In this document: piece after piece, positions 37,807-51,200 of the stretch
Layout: each line of letters opens with the position of its first letter
How positions within the stretch are numbered: the stretch's first letter is position 1
Origin: Ostrea edulis
Lineage: Eukaryota
Assembly (NCBI RefSeq): GCF_947568905.1
Contig: NC_079164.1
Span: 104,904,001 to 104,968,000, forward strand
Length of the DNA stretch: 64,000 bases
Direction: 5' to 3'
The notes under the pieces: generated by a model
The model's database searches: none
Seen by the model: the letters and a program-made list of their open reading frames with translations, nothing else
What the model was told of the DNA's origin: nothing
Made by a program: the position numbers and the translations under genes

Positions 37807-38657
37807 AATCCGTGTTTGCCCAACGAATTGTGCTCCTTTGTTAGCTGACCTGTTTTTATATTCATATGAAGCAGAATTTATTCAAAAACTTCTACGTGAG
37901 AAGAAAAAATCTCTCGCTGTGACCTTCAATTCGACTTTTAGATATATCGATGTCTATTAACAATGATAGCTTTCATTCATATGTCGATTTGATATATCCA
38001 TGTGAGCTCGAAATAAAGGACACCACAGAGTCGTCCACTTCTGTTTCATACTTAGATATTTTATTGAAAGTAGACATTAACGGCAAACTGACAACTCAAT
38101 TGTATGACAAACGGGATGATTTCAGCTTCTCCATCGGCAACTTCCCATATTTGTGTAGCAATATTCCATTATCACCTGCATATGGTGTTTTTATATCTCA
38201 ACTGATTCGATATGCAAGAGCTTGTTCTGGGTATAGTCAGTTTTTAAATCGAGGTAAGCTACTTACAAACAAGTTGATGGTACAGGGATTTCAACAGTCT
38301 TGATTGAAGTCAGCATTTCGCAAATTCTATGGTCGTTATAACGATCTAGTTCGTCAATACAACCTCGCATTGGATCAAATGCTGTCTGACGTGTTTCATA
38401 CCGATTGTTAAGCCGTTCTTGGCACACTGATTTTGACTGCGGATAACTCCGTTTACCTGATCAGGATATAGGGATCACGGCGGGTGTGACCGGTCAACAG
38501 GGGATGCTTACTCCTCCTAGGCACCTGATCCCACCTCTGGTGTGTCCAGGGCTCCGTGTTTGCCCAACTATCTATTTTGTATTGCTTGTAGGAATTGTAT
38601 TTCGTATTGCTTATGGGATTTGTGAGAATTATCACTGTTCGTTATCTTCATCTTTCA
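37807..38657 (+). mobile_element. 5'-truncated Penelope-like retroelement (RT C-terminal half plus 3' UTR)
   Basis: TNCAPLLADLFLYSYEAEFIQ...FRYID(frameshift)...YLDILL...LYDKRDDFSF...AYGVFISQLIRYAR. The ORF ends at VFHTDC* (38412) with no C-terminal GIY-YIG. Confidence 0.88.
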
Positions 38658-38659
38658 TC

Positions 38660-39460
38660 TATACTTTTGACCTATCGACGATTGGTTCAACAATGAGATT
38701 GACGACTAAAACTTATATGAACCTCTGACCTGTTCCATGATTGGTGGATCAGTCATATGCTTTACCCAAGGGAATGAATACCAACCCAACCCGAAAAATC
38801 CGATTATTCCGATCTTCAACCATGGTAGAACATATCATTGTTTCCAGAAACCTTTGTATTAAGACTTTCATAGTCCATGAAAAACTCATGCCTGTCGAGA
38901 CACGGGTCTCCGGTCCTTTTGCCGCCACGGCTATCACCTGGCTGTAAGCCTTCAGCACCGCCAACAGATACAAGACCGACATTGCCAGCTAGGTCACGGC
39001 TCCAGCGCCACCATCACCACCAAAACCGGTAGATCCACCACTAGAGAAGAGACAAACCTCTTCCCTAACCAGCCCAGAACCCTCCACTCCTCCAAGGCGA
39101 CCTTCATTCCCTACGCTCTCCACTCTCTACAGATCACCACCGTCCTGTTAGGAATGTGTGGGTCTACTGGCGCCCCATTGGGGACATCGGCATTGGTTGA
39201 CACCATCCAATGCCCAGTGTACCTGGATGAGGGGACCGGCACATCCATAAACTCCTAATAGGACGCCCAAGTTGTCGTAGCTGCTCACTACACCTGATCA
39301 TGGATGGAAATGTGTAACCCTTGTGTAGGTTTAATGGCGGACCGCCGTATCATTGACTCATGAGGAGGAGACGCCACCCATTGGCAGTCTCTACCACCTC
39401 AGGCCACCCAGAGCAGACACTTCGCCTTAAGGCAGGCCAGGACAAAGACCCGAAGTAAAT
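38660..39460 (+). pseudogene. Disrupted ORF with Pro-rich central part (probable Polinton accessory gene)
   Basis: DWFNNEIDD*NLYEPLTCSMIGGSVICFTQGNEYQPNPKNPIIPIFNHGRTYHCFQKPLY*, followed by GC-rich Pro-rich frames (APPSPPKPVDPP...PSTPPRRP). It converges on the capsid gene. Confidence 0.35.
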
Positions 39461-39469
39461 ACATGTACA

Positions 39470-40737
39470 TAAAAACAAACGGTCCTTTCCAGGGTTACCA
39501 TATTTCAGCAAATTGGCGAATACGGCGTACGCAACACAATTTAAGAGAGTAGCCATGTTATCTGCAAACCATACATCCACCTCAAATTTCCTGCTTGTAT
39601 GAGATGAAATTTATATTCCTGAGCTTCTTCATCTTTCGTGAAACCCATACATAATAGAGTAACCGTTTTTATACTCTTCAAGACCAATGCCGAAGCCCAG
39701 TCTTGTCTTAAGTCCCCTATCCTTTATACAGATTCAGTACGATCTAAGATACTGATCGTCGATAAAATTATGTTCCAGGGGACGTGCTTCAATCCTTTCT
39801 CCACTGATACTGACTTCTAATTTTTTTAACTCTCTGATTATGAAAATGGAAAGAATTTTTGGAATTATCGCCGTTGAACATAGCGTTTTCAACAAAGCTC
39901 AAGACGATGAGTTTTGGCATCTGACATTGAAACAGGTGATCGGTGATTTTCAATTGAGTATTACAGTAAGAATCGTGAAAGTTTTCACTTCCATATCTAG
40001 CCATTTGAGTAATTAGGTGTTGATTGATGATATATGTGATCGTAGGAGTCGATTTAACCCCCAAAGATCATACTTTGAATGACGTCTTTGTCACTGCTTT
40101 CTGCATTGGTCGTCATGTAGAATGGTGGATTGGCCCGAGTGAATCTGAGACGGACGTCAAGGAAGACATTTCCTTTTCTGAAACAATTCCAGATGTGACG
40201 ATCCTTCAATACGATTTCCATACTGTTTTCTATCTTCTCATGACGTTTTCGCAATTCAACATTTATGATTCATCTGGATAAGCCGAGGATGGTATGAATG
40301 CATTAATACTTAATTTATTATTTAATACGGCAAATTTCTTGGGGGGGGGGGGGGGGGGGGAGGGGGTAAGCCAGAGCTTCTAACCTGAGTTCTTCCATAT
40401 GCCCAGCGGTATCTTTTTTCTACAAGCTACACACTCTCATCTGGGTTTTCAGAGTCTTGGGGGCATAAGACAGTAATTTCTTTAGGTAGGCTTCTTAAAG
40501 ATAAGTATCCTTTCCTGGGGTAATGGCTTTTCCTCTGAAACTCACATTGATTTCACTAGATAAGGAATGTAAAATTATATTGACTGGAGTCTAGGTAGAA
40601 TTATATCCGAATTTAAAGTACTGGAAATAGGATAGGGCTCATCCATTTGGAGTCTTATAAAGTCACGTTAATAGGAGTACTTTAAACAGTAAACCTTTCA
40701 AACTCTATAGTCCACACCCGCAGAATTTTCTGCGCAT
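39470..40737 (-). pseudogene. Polinton/Maverick major capsid protein (double jelly-roll) pseudogene
   Basis: Colinear family motifs across frameshifts and stops: PVNIILHSLSSEINVSFRGKAITPGKDTYL*EAYLKKLLSY...KDTAGHM (40587-40396); LDVRLRFTR; DHLFQCQMPKLIVLSFVENAMFNGDNSKNSFHF (about 39943-39845); EEYKNGYS; FHLIQAGNL (39609-39583); LNCVAYAVFANLL. Matched from memory of Polinton MCP sequences, not by search. Confidence 0.85.
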
Positions 40738-40783
40738 AGTTTGACAATGTGATACTGATCGTTGAATCTATTCATGTTTAACG

Positions 40784-40811
40784 GATTGTATTTAACGTCC
40801 CGCTGGAAAAA

Positions 40812-40844
<33 letters not shown>

Positions 40845-41057
40845 TGAAGGGCTGCAAAATTTAGGCCTGTGGTCAGCACTTATGGCCTTTGAGCAGGGAG
40901 GGGTCTTTATCGTGCCACACCTGCTGTAACACGGGACCTCGGTTTTACGATCCGTGGGGATCCGTGTTAAATTAGGTCCTCAGTAGCCCTTGCTTGTCGT
41001 AAGAGGCGACTTAATGGGGCGATACTTCGGATGAGACCGCAAAAAACGAAGCCCCGT
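40784..41057. mobile_element. SINE-like element family B with inverted 5' half
   Basis: 3' half on the minus strand (40784-40949), and 5' half on the plus strand (40951-41057). Confidence 0.85.
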
Positions 41058-41336
41058 ATTTTCTATTTATTTATTTTTTGTTTTATAAAGTATCAAAGTT
41101 TTGACTACTATTATTCATTAACTACATGGTTTGTTTTTTTATAAGGAAACTCAAAAGATTCTAGTAAAATTAATGGAAGTATCAAAGTTCTTACTATGAT
41201 TTTAAATCGATCATTTGTAGTGGTGGAAGATTGCAAAATGTATTTTTATATATTTTATTATAATATTAGTTTATGTACTGTGAAGCCATTTTTTGTCATT
41301 TTGTCAATAATCAACAAACATGGCTTTGGCCGCTAC

Positions 41337-42405
41337 CGGAAATAGCCGAGTAGTTACGATGGTAGCAGTCTAAGGGGTATCCCATAGAGATTTTCGTCAT
41401 AATAAGGATATGCAACGTCACAATAACAATTGCAACGTCACAATAAGGATTTTGACGTCATCATAATTGGCACGAAGTCAATGGATGCAGTATATTATAC
41501 TGTGGTCACAGAACGTCTTGAATCAGAATGAACGATAATGTGATTGAGGCAGCGTCAAATAAATCTACTAGTATCCTTAAGAAGGTGAGAAACTCGTAAA
41601 CGATGATATTAGAATATAATGTAGTTAGTTTCCGTTGTAAACTAAAATCAATTGCAGAATGGATTTCTTTTTTAAAAGAAAGGGGGGGGGGGGCATAGTA
41701 AAAAGGAAAGGACACCTAGTAGAGCCCTAAGGGAATGTAGCTCATTGATTCATTAACACAAGAAATACTAACGAGATTAATGTGTGACTTTATTATTTAA
41801 AATTTTCTTTCCATTACAAATTCTGGCTTTTGGCAATATTTTTAACTTTTCTTTAAACTGTAGATAGAAAGAAAATAGACTGATACTACCATAAATAAAG
41901 TTCTACAACTCGTGGTTTTGTGGGGTTTTTTTTTTTTTTTGGTGGTTTTTTTTTTTTTTTGGTGTTTTTTTTTTTTCTTGGTTTTTTTTTGGGGGGTGGG
42001 TGGGTTTTTTTTTGCCATTTGATTAAGATGTTTTGCCGCGGGACTATTATCAGTTTAACAGAATGCATGTTAAAGACAGTTTGATATCGGTAATAACCAA
42101 ACTATTTTTCAATGGAAGTTTGCTCCTGAATATGAAAGCCTTAATTTTGCAAAGTATAATATGAACGAACAATTTGTCACTGTCCTTTAAAAATAGACTG
42201 CAATACATGGACATGTGTTTATAACAGAAACTGTTGCTATTCTAGGTTGGAATAAAAATGTGATTTAAAACTGATTTTTTAAATCTTAACATGCAAATAA
42301 TTCAATGAAAGTCTTATGGCTAGAGCTATAATGACAGATACTATCTATGGAAAATATAAACTTTTTCACTATTAATAGTCAATCGTAACTACTCGGCTAT
42401 TTCCG
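41337..42405. mobile_element. Non-autonomous DNA transposon with 24-bp TIR CGGAAATAGCCGAGTAGTTACGAT
   Basis: TIR at 41337-41360 and its exact reverse complement at 42382-42405. Subterminal ACGTCACAATAA repeats. TSD unclear. Confidence 0.6.
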
Positions 42406-43318
42406 TTACCTGTTACGGAAAAGGACGAGCGCGTGATCCGATTGTATTTTAATAGTTTGCAAGAAATTTTATTTTATCCAATGAATAAAATTCCTGTGCA
42501 TATTTCTATCGTGCACAAAGTTTTTTTTTTTTTATTTTGCTAAAACCTATGTCATTACACAAGGAACGTTCGAAGTTTTAAACTTCTTTTTGAAAATCTT
42601 AGGATTTATATCGTAATATCATAAAAAAAAATTAAGGTAGCTCATTACACGAACATTTTATTAAATGGCTCGTTAAAATACCTCTTATGATGCATGATTT
42701 CACCATCAAATGAGTGATACAAGCTCTCAATCAATTTGATATGAATTTTTTGTATTCTTTTCCCGCAATGATCTAAAAGGTGCTTTGTTTGCAAATAAGA
42801 GATTATAGAGTTAAAATTTTGCTGTGATTTGATGCATAATATGAATATGTAATAAAAACATGCCTAAACAACTCAGATTTTATCTGTAGATCAAAAATAT
42901 AAAAACAAGTAACGTTTTAGATTTTAATAAATATCTTTTCTTTAAAAATTAGAACATTTATGTGAGTCTTTTAAACATTTTTTATTAGATATTTATTAAA
43001 ACTCGAGAAATGAACATAAAAATTCAAATTATGCATAAAATCTAAAGAGATATTATTTGGTTCCATGCATGTTGACATGGGAAGCTATAAGTGCAATTTA
43101 TGGGTGAAATTTCATGTGAAGCTTACCTAGACTTTTCAAAAATGTTGACATATATGCTTAGTATTTCTGAGCCCCTCTTCAAAACACGAAAAACGTTTTA
43201 CTTATCAGTTGATACTTATTCACAGGAATCAATCTGCATAAGAAGTTAATATATTTTTTGTTAAGAAAAAGAAATCACAATTAGAAAGCAGAAAAAGATG
43301 AAAGAGAAAATTTAATCA

Positions 43319-44180
43319 TTTTTATAAGCCCGTCATTTGAGGGACGTATTATGTTATGGCGTTGTCCGTGCGGCTGGCAGGCTGGCTGTCCGTCCATTCA
43401 TCCCGTTTTCCGGACTTCTTTGAAATAAGGTCACAATATCTCCCTCAAGAATTGTAAGAGTGAGTTTGCATTTCAGCTGGATTGGTCCATCCTTGGCCTA
43501 ATTTAGGGCTATAAGTAGGTCAAACAGTTTTCCGGACTTTTTTCCGTTACAGATACAGATATTTCCTGAAATTTACACATAAGCTTCCTTTCAGAGGAAT
43601 ACAAGTTCAGTTTGCATTTCAGTTGGATTGCTCCCTCCGTCCGTGACCTACATGAGGATTAAAAGTAGGTCAAACAGTTTTCCGGGCATTTTTTTTTTTT
43701 CATTATGGATACAGATATTGCCCTGATATTTAATGGTAGGCTTCCTCTCGGAGGATTACAAGTTCAGTTTGCATTTCAGCTGGATTGGTCCATCCTTGAC
43801 CTACTTTTGGACTAAAAATAGGTCAGAGAGTTTTCCGGGCTTTTTTCATTATGGATACAGATATTGCCCTGATAGTTAGTCATCAAACATTTCAACTTAA
43901 TTGGTGCACCATGACCTACATAAGGGTTAAAAGTAGATCAAATGGTTTCTTGGAGTTTTTATCATCATAGATAGATATTGTACCAACATTTTGCTCCAAC
44001 CTCACTCCCGGAGAAATACATGATCAGTTGACATGTCAGATGGATTGGTGCACCATGACCCACTTTAAGGCTTTTCTATTCAGAATGTGTGTTGTATCAA
44101 TTCAGAGTGCACAATATGCTTCCAGGTTGAATTTCACTGTCCGACGGGCGTATATTGTACCTTTTGCGGTACTCTTGTTT
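43319..44180 (+). mobile_element. Helentron-type non-autonomous element (HINE/pearl-like) with internal ~150-bp tandem repeats
   Basis: T-rich ends, subterminal inverted repeat GCCCGTC/GACGGGC, GTCC-type microsatellite, repeats starting AGTTTGCATTTCAG at about 43460, 43608 and 43766, and a short 3' palindrome. Confidence 0.65.
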
Positions 44181-44189
44181 ACTCAATAA

Positions 44190-45250
44190 TGAAAGGTAAA
44201 GATACCGAACAGTGATCAGTCTCATAACCCCTATATACAATACAAAATAGAGAGTTGGGCAAATACGGACCCTTGGATATACCAGAGGTGGTATCAGGTG
44301 CCTTGGAGGAGTAACCATCCTCTATCGACCGGTCACACACGCCATGAACCCTACATGAATGTATATCTTGATCAAGTGAACGGCGTTACCTGTAGTCAAA
44401 ATCAATGTGTCAAGAACGGCCTAACAATCGGTATGAAACACGTCAGACAGCATTTGACTCAATGATAGGTTGTACAGGCAAATTAGGTCATTATAACAAC
44501 CATAGAATTTGCGAAATGCGGACTTTAAACGAGACTGTTGGAACTCCAGCACCATCAACTTGTTTGTCAGTAGTCTGCTTCGATTTAAAAACTGACCATA
44601 AGCAGAACAAGCTCTTGCGTATCGAATCAGTTGAGAGATATAAACACCATATGCAGGTGATAATGGAATATTGCTACATAAATATGGGAAGTTGACGATG
44701 GAGAAGCTGAAGTCATCCCGTTTGTCATAAAGTTGAGTTGTTAGTTTGCTGTTAATATCTACTTTCAATAAAATATCTAAGTATGAAACAGAAGTGGAAG
44801 ACTCTGTGGTGTCTTTTATTTCGAGTTCACTGGGATATATCGAATCGACATATGAATGAAAATTATTATTGTTAATACGTAGATAATACGTTGTCGACAT
44901 ATCTTTTAAAATGTCGAATTGAACGCCACAACAAGAGATTTTTTTCTTCTCATGTAGAAGTTTTTGAATAACTTCTGCTTCATGGGAATATAAAAACATG
45001 TCAGCTAACAAAGGAGCACAATTCGTGCCCATGGGGATTCCAACAGACTGTTGGAAGACCTAATCCCCAAACCAAAGACCACGAAGATATTGTCAATGAG
45101 GAACTCCAGCATGTTTTTCTTTCAACTTCAGAGTACTTGTGCGTGGAATCAGAGTGGCGTTTAACAAAGTAATTTTTGGATGACTGATATTTGCGTTTTC
45201 CATTTTTGTAGAAGAAGCAATTTTTAAAGCCCGGTTTCAACGAACATATT
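44190..45250 (-). mobile_element. 5'-truncated Penelope-like retroelement (RT)
   Basis: ORF 44421..45032 MGTNCAPLLADMFLY...VFHTDC. Upstream frameshifted MLEFLIDNIFVVFG...FQQSVGIPMG. Same 3' UTR as the other copies. Confidence 0.9.
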
Positions 45251-48200
45251 TTTCTACACCCTAATCAGTTGAGGAGTTGAAATTAAGAGCAATTAAATAA
45301 TTAACACTGGTATTAAAGTTAATAATCAATTTCTTATGGATTCCATTTTGTATTTAATTTTTTTTTAAAATGCACGAGTTGAAAATGTAGGCGGGAACCC
45401 AGAGTTAGCGTGCTTCTTTCTTTTTTAGTTGTTGCGCAAATATCAAAAGTACACCTCCATGATAATTCAGTAGACTTGCTTTGTGTCAGTGCTTTCTGTG
45501 CGTTGATTACAATACTTTCAAATAATACTAATGAAGCATGTAACCTACGAAAGCCAATTAGTGTCAATGGGAAATTAATCTTTCGAGATCCCTTTTCGTA
45601 ATACGAGCAAAATAAGTATTTTCTCTTGACAACATTCCCCTTCTACTTACTTTAAGAAATTTTCAAAATTCCACGTAATAGATTAGTCAAACTTTCTCCA
45701 ACAGCATGTTTAAAACCCCTTTCCTTACTATTTCCCACGGGACAGAAGGCAAACCGGTTGAGTTGGAATCCTGGTTGGGTCAGACATAAGACTTTGAGAG
45801 TGATGTTACCTTAGGAAATCGATGATAACATGAAGTATTCTCCAACTAACTTTGAAAACAAAGCAACCTGTACAATCAATCATTAATGATAAGATGACTG
45901 AAAATTTTGAGAATTATATTGTAATAATCATTTTCTTTGTAAAAGATCATTATTTGGAATCGTTTTGCTCTACTTTTCATGGGGATTTTAAAATTGCTAC
46001 AGAAGTATACAAAAGTACACGACATTTTGTTTGCACGTGTCATTTATGTAAGTGTCCTAAAAAGGAACTGCATGCATGTGATTTTTAAAAGTTATGAAAC
46101 TATATTCAATTTTTTTTTAACTGTATCAAAGAAACTAATATTTTCTTTGTGTCAATGAAAAATCTCAAAACTATGGTTGTTTGCGAGCATGACGTCAGTT
46201 ATAACAATGATCTGAGGGAAAGGAAAGTCCTGTTCATTCTAAATATATCTCAAATTGATAATGGGAATGTCCGTGTGTATCTATGTTTGACTCCTACTAA
46301 TCACAAGAAAGCAAACGCGCAGATGATGTCCAAATAAAACATCCGAGGACAATACGGAATAGGATTTTCAGAATATTTGCAGACAATAATACGTCTGACT
46401 TTGTCACTCGGTGTAACGTTGCTGTGGTGATACTCTTGAAATCTTCATCCTCGTGACTTTTCCCATTTTTGGATATGAATTATATCATTTGGTCTCCATG
46501 TTTTATTAGTGATCGGTATTCTGCTTATCAATGATACAGCCTGATGACAGTTACTTGCCCATTAAAGCAATGTTGTACTGTTATTATTTATGAATTACGA
46601 ATTATGTAGATTGTTTACATCATTTCCTTGATTAACAATCAGCGCGGTAAATGGTAATTAAAAGATACCGCCGGTACACGCGCAGTAGGTTATGGTACCT
46701 TCGCTTTTGGTGATCGTAAAGAGATGACCATGTTTATCAAAACTATATAAAACATGTCTATTCTTCAAGTATCTTGTTGACCATCCTCCCAACCATTCAA
46801 GGAAAGAATTACCACACTCAAAGTGACAAGCTACGAAAAACCTCTCTGTAGATAGACTAAAAGATACTTACCAGGGACTGGGTCGAAAAACTGGTTTGCC
46901 AAAAATGTTTGATTTAAGAATACCAAAGTTGCAATACATTCACAAAAACAAAGTCGGTCCGATGAGCCGGGTGTTTTGTTTATTGTACACTCAAGTAAAA
47001 ATTGGGTTAATTATTGTGATAATGTCAGGTTAATCAACTATTTACTTACTTTTTTATTAATAGCATTATCTGTGCAAATAAAAGAACAAGAAATTGTGTA
47101 ATCAATAGAAAATGACCAGAGATCATGTACGAAAACAGAGAATATGTCGTGTTTGTGTGATAAAATCCATATATATGTATAAAATGTGTAACTAGATGAC
47201 CTTTAAATCCAAAGACTTGGTAATACAAATTCAAATTAGAAAAAAAAAATCTTTTCTGTGTATAAAACATTTCTTTCGATATTTATACAAACGGCTTGTG
47301 ATACTGCAATTATGTGTGTGTACCCGGATTGACAATTTCTTTAATGGGATTAGTACCACAGAATAATGCCTAGTTAAGATATCAAAGCTTATCATAAACA
47401 GGACCGTAAAGTATATTTTTTAATTTATGAAATAATTTACGATATAGCGTGCTCGTTTTCATCGATGACTCGTTTTCTTCCGGGATAACTGGTTTACAAT
47501 ATCTGCATGCCCGTCTCCATGATGAATAAATGAGCACTAAGTCTTAATTCTATCTGTTGTGACAGTTCACACCTTTAAAAGGAAAAGTTTAGAGATTGAT
47601 GTTTCTTTACGATACATGTTTTATTCATGCAATAACGACTGCATTAGTCTATTGTCATATTAGTCTAATAACATATTTAATTAGTCCAATATCATATTAT
47701 TGCGACAGAGTTTTGTGTTTCTTTTATTTCAGCTTGGAGCATGTTTTCTTTCATAGCAATATATATGCATCTTTAGAATATTTTACACAAATGTGTAAAA
47801 AATAAATACTAGTATTAAAAAGAATGCGTACATCTATCGGAAAAATATGTTGTCTTGCGACAATGCCTATACCTGCCATGCTTATGAACTTTCTAAATTT
47901 TAGAAGTATTTCACTCTAAACTGTTGTTATTAAGTCGAAGGATTCAGAAAAATTCTAAACACCCACGTCTGAACAACCATTGAATGCTTGATATGTGGGC
48001 TATCTTCCGGCCTGGGTCAGGTATTTGTTACTGGGGAAAGAGGCCCGAGATATTGACCATTGTTACAGCTGTCAGGGGATTAAATGGTAAGTCTAGTTTT
48101 TTTGTTAAGAAAAAGGTGTTGTTAGCACATTCTCCTGGAACCGTCTTTTTCTGTATACACGTGCATTTATTATATCTCCTTCATTTCAATTACCGAAACA

Positions 48201-51200
48201 ATATGCAGAAATACTGAAGCAGAACTTAGGTTCGTTTTCTAATACATGTACTTTGCTTTCTTTAAGTTCCATCACATAATACTGAGGAATGTTCACAGTT
48301 TTTTTCTGTTTGTCGTCGTTTTCCATTATTACTATTCTCGTCATATCTGTTATTAATATTTTGCACATGTAATGCGATAATTTATCCTTGATTTAGTTTC
48401 TTTACACCCTCTCATATCAGTGGTCACTGTGTACTTGTAGGCCAGTGACCGTAGAATATTTTACGGTCATCAAACAATGGGAACTGACCTGATCAGTAAG
48501 AATTTTATTCAATTTTTTTCCTCCACTGAAAACCAGATCCCCGGTACATGAGATACAAATAAATGTATATACATATATACACTAAGGTTACATTTACGAT
48601 TTAAAACAATGGTGGACGTTACTTTTGAGGATGGCGATTAAAATAAACACCTTAAAAGTGGTGTAAGTTCGATGTCTTCCATGCAGGGATCTAGAGGGGA
48701 AGGGTCCGAACCCAGCCCCCAACCCCCTGGAATTCGCAAATATATACCAGAATGATTTATAGTTTTGTGAAAAATTGAGTTATTGTATTTGTGCGCTGAT
48801 TAAGTATTGATGAAAGAACAAAATTATCATGAAATAAATGTAGTGGATCGATTTCTTTTATATCCTTTCAGTTACAGTGAGCGTAATTATACAGTTGTAT
48901 ATTGTATGTAGTCAATGACTTCAATAGTATTAACCCCCACCTCTCTCTGCGTATGAAATATCAGGGGGTAGACCCAGAACATTTTCCAGGGGCGGGGGTC
49001 CAACCAATGTTGCATTATTGAAAAGATCCCATCCCAAAAGGATGTGACTTGCAGAGCTATTTTTTATACAACTCTAACATTGGATCGTAAAGTTTGGGTG
49101 GGGGTGGTTTGTTGTCAATCCGAGATACAAGCGCTGTATAAAATCCCGAATACTTTATTTGATACTCGGGAGAGACAGGGGGTGGTTCGGGAGGGTGTGT
49201 ACCCCTTCGAATAGAATGACAATTTGAATGATATTTTCTGTCAAATAAACCACAGCCATTTATTTATGTAATCTCTTATTTTCTTTGCAAGATATATTGT
49301 CTATTTTTGAATAAAAATGTTTTTACTCTGAGTTACATATGATCATGAATAAAATCCCTTTATAAGCTCTAAATACAATTCAGAACGAACCGTATGCGGC
49401 TTGATGTGTTCTGTTGCAGCCAAACAAAAAGCACATTTCTCTCAACATAAAAAAAAAGTAACATTAAATCGATATTATTGACTATATTTACAACTATTGG
49501 TGCCAAATTTAAGGTCATGACCCCTTCCTTAGATAAAACACCAGTTGTAAAGAGGATAAAAAAAAATACATGTAACATATGACTTATATGTGTTACCTAT
49601 TATACTATTAGTTATGTATCCCGAATTTATATTGTATTATATCTACATGTATTTGAATAGCATTTTTTCATATTATGAATCCCCCCGCCCCCGTATCTCC
49701 TTAGTAGTTAATTTGTTTTTAAAGCATGCCTTCCTTTGATTTAGCATAATTGTTTATCATAAAATATAATAAATTGTCAGGTTCGTGAATGCCATGATGC
49801 AAAATAAAGGTTATTTTTATGTTAAAAAATGTATTCTAGCCTCCATCAAAGAATGGTTCGATACATAGAATACAGTCATGCGATCTTCATTAAAACGTTA
49901 AACTTATTCGTTACGGTCGTCATACGACAGAACTTGGAGATCGTGTTGATTATTTGCTTCAGTTCGTGTAAACAATAACGTAACACCACTGCTTACGTAA
50001 TCATCATCTTAATAACACAATTAAATAAAAAAAAAACAACCGATCAGGTCAGTTGCCATTGTTTGGTGGTCGAAATATACACTGTAAGTACGGCCATAGG
50101 CTTGAACACAATTAGCAATGAAAGTGTATATGGTAATTGTATTCTGTTTAATGATGAAGTTTGGTTTTGTTGTACATCGGGTGTGGGGAACAGTTGTAGT
50201 TATCATTAAGAAATTAGTCAACAAGCCTTGAATATGCAAACACTCCCGAATAACTCCTCCAGTTCTGGAAATGAATTTGTTTAAGTGTTGTGTTTCAGTA
50301 CATGTTTGTGAGATTATAGATTATTCAAAATGTTCAACAACAAAAATCCTCTTGAGGAAGATACTACGTCCACGTTGCGTTTATAAGGTTTTCACGGGTC
50401 TTTTGCATTGGAGATTTCTCCTCCTTTAGAGGAAATCTTCAGATCAGCGACGACACAGCGGTCACAGCTTCTTTCTGTATAGTCTACACCGCATCAAGTG
50501 CAGCTACAAACTTAGATTTTAGTCAAATATGCATGCACCACAATGAAAGAGAAACTAGAAACTTTGTAACACATCAGTTATATCTTCGGTGTCTTTCCAA
50601 TGTACATTGACAGATTCAGAAGAAGAAAAATTCAAAGGGAGTGTGCGATCAAAGATGGTACCTTAGTTAATTTTCCGTCCTAAAAAGGGGGGTTTCAGAC
50701 ACCTAAAATGACAGAAGATGACTTCTTCCTGTATGTCCGCCACTGATGTATCACTAAATCATCTACAGGGATTACGTGTATGTTCTCATCTGTCATTGTG
50801 CCTAGACATAATACGATGAATTTTGACACGCTGTACATGAGCAAGTTTACACAGTGAGAACTGTATGAAACGCGATACGATGCCTTGGACTAACGGACCG
50901 AGAGACCCGTGAGAAATTACAATTCTAACAAAAATACACAGAATGTACATAATTTTATATACAAGGGATTTCTTTTGCTCTCCTAAGTATACGATCCTGT
51001 CTCCAACTTATAATTTAAAATCCTTGTTACAGGTGTGGCAATACACAAACTGTACACGCCTCGGGGCAAGCATTCAAATAAACGTGTGTTTTCTTTTCTC
51101 TCCTCCTGTCTCCTAATTAACATTTTCTCTGGTAAACCATAAGATTTTTTTACTTAAAATCTTTACAGCAATGAAGGGATAAACCAATAATCCCCCACCT

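Larger units (their letters stand above)
35540..40790. mobile_element. Decayed Polinton/Maverick (adintovirus-like) endogenous viral remnant, interrupted by SINE and Penelope-like insertions
   Basis: Contains a major capsid protein pseudogene and several closely packed, intronless, stop-interrupted ORFs in alternating orientation. No TIRs, pPolB, integrase or ATPase were recognised, so the boundaries are approximate. Confidence 0.7.

Noticed and set aside
46260-47000. Possible minus-strand gene (GTAAGT donor near 46870, hydrophobic frame at about 46300-46480)
   Set aside because: The candidate ATG is followed by a stop after four codons, and no consistent exon chain could be built.
47740-48368. 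Long stop-poor minus frame, and a plus-strand exon-like ORF with a GTAAGT donor
   Set aside because: The two readings conflict and neither resembles a known protein.
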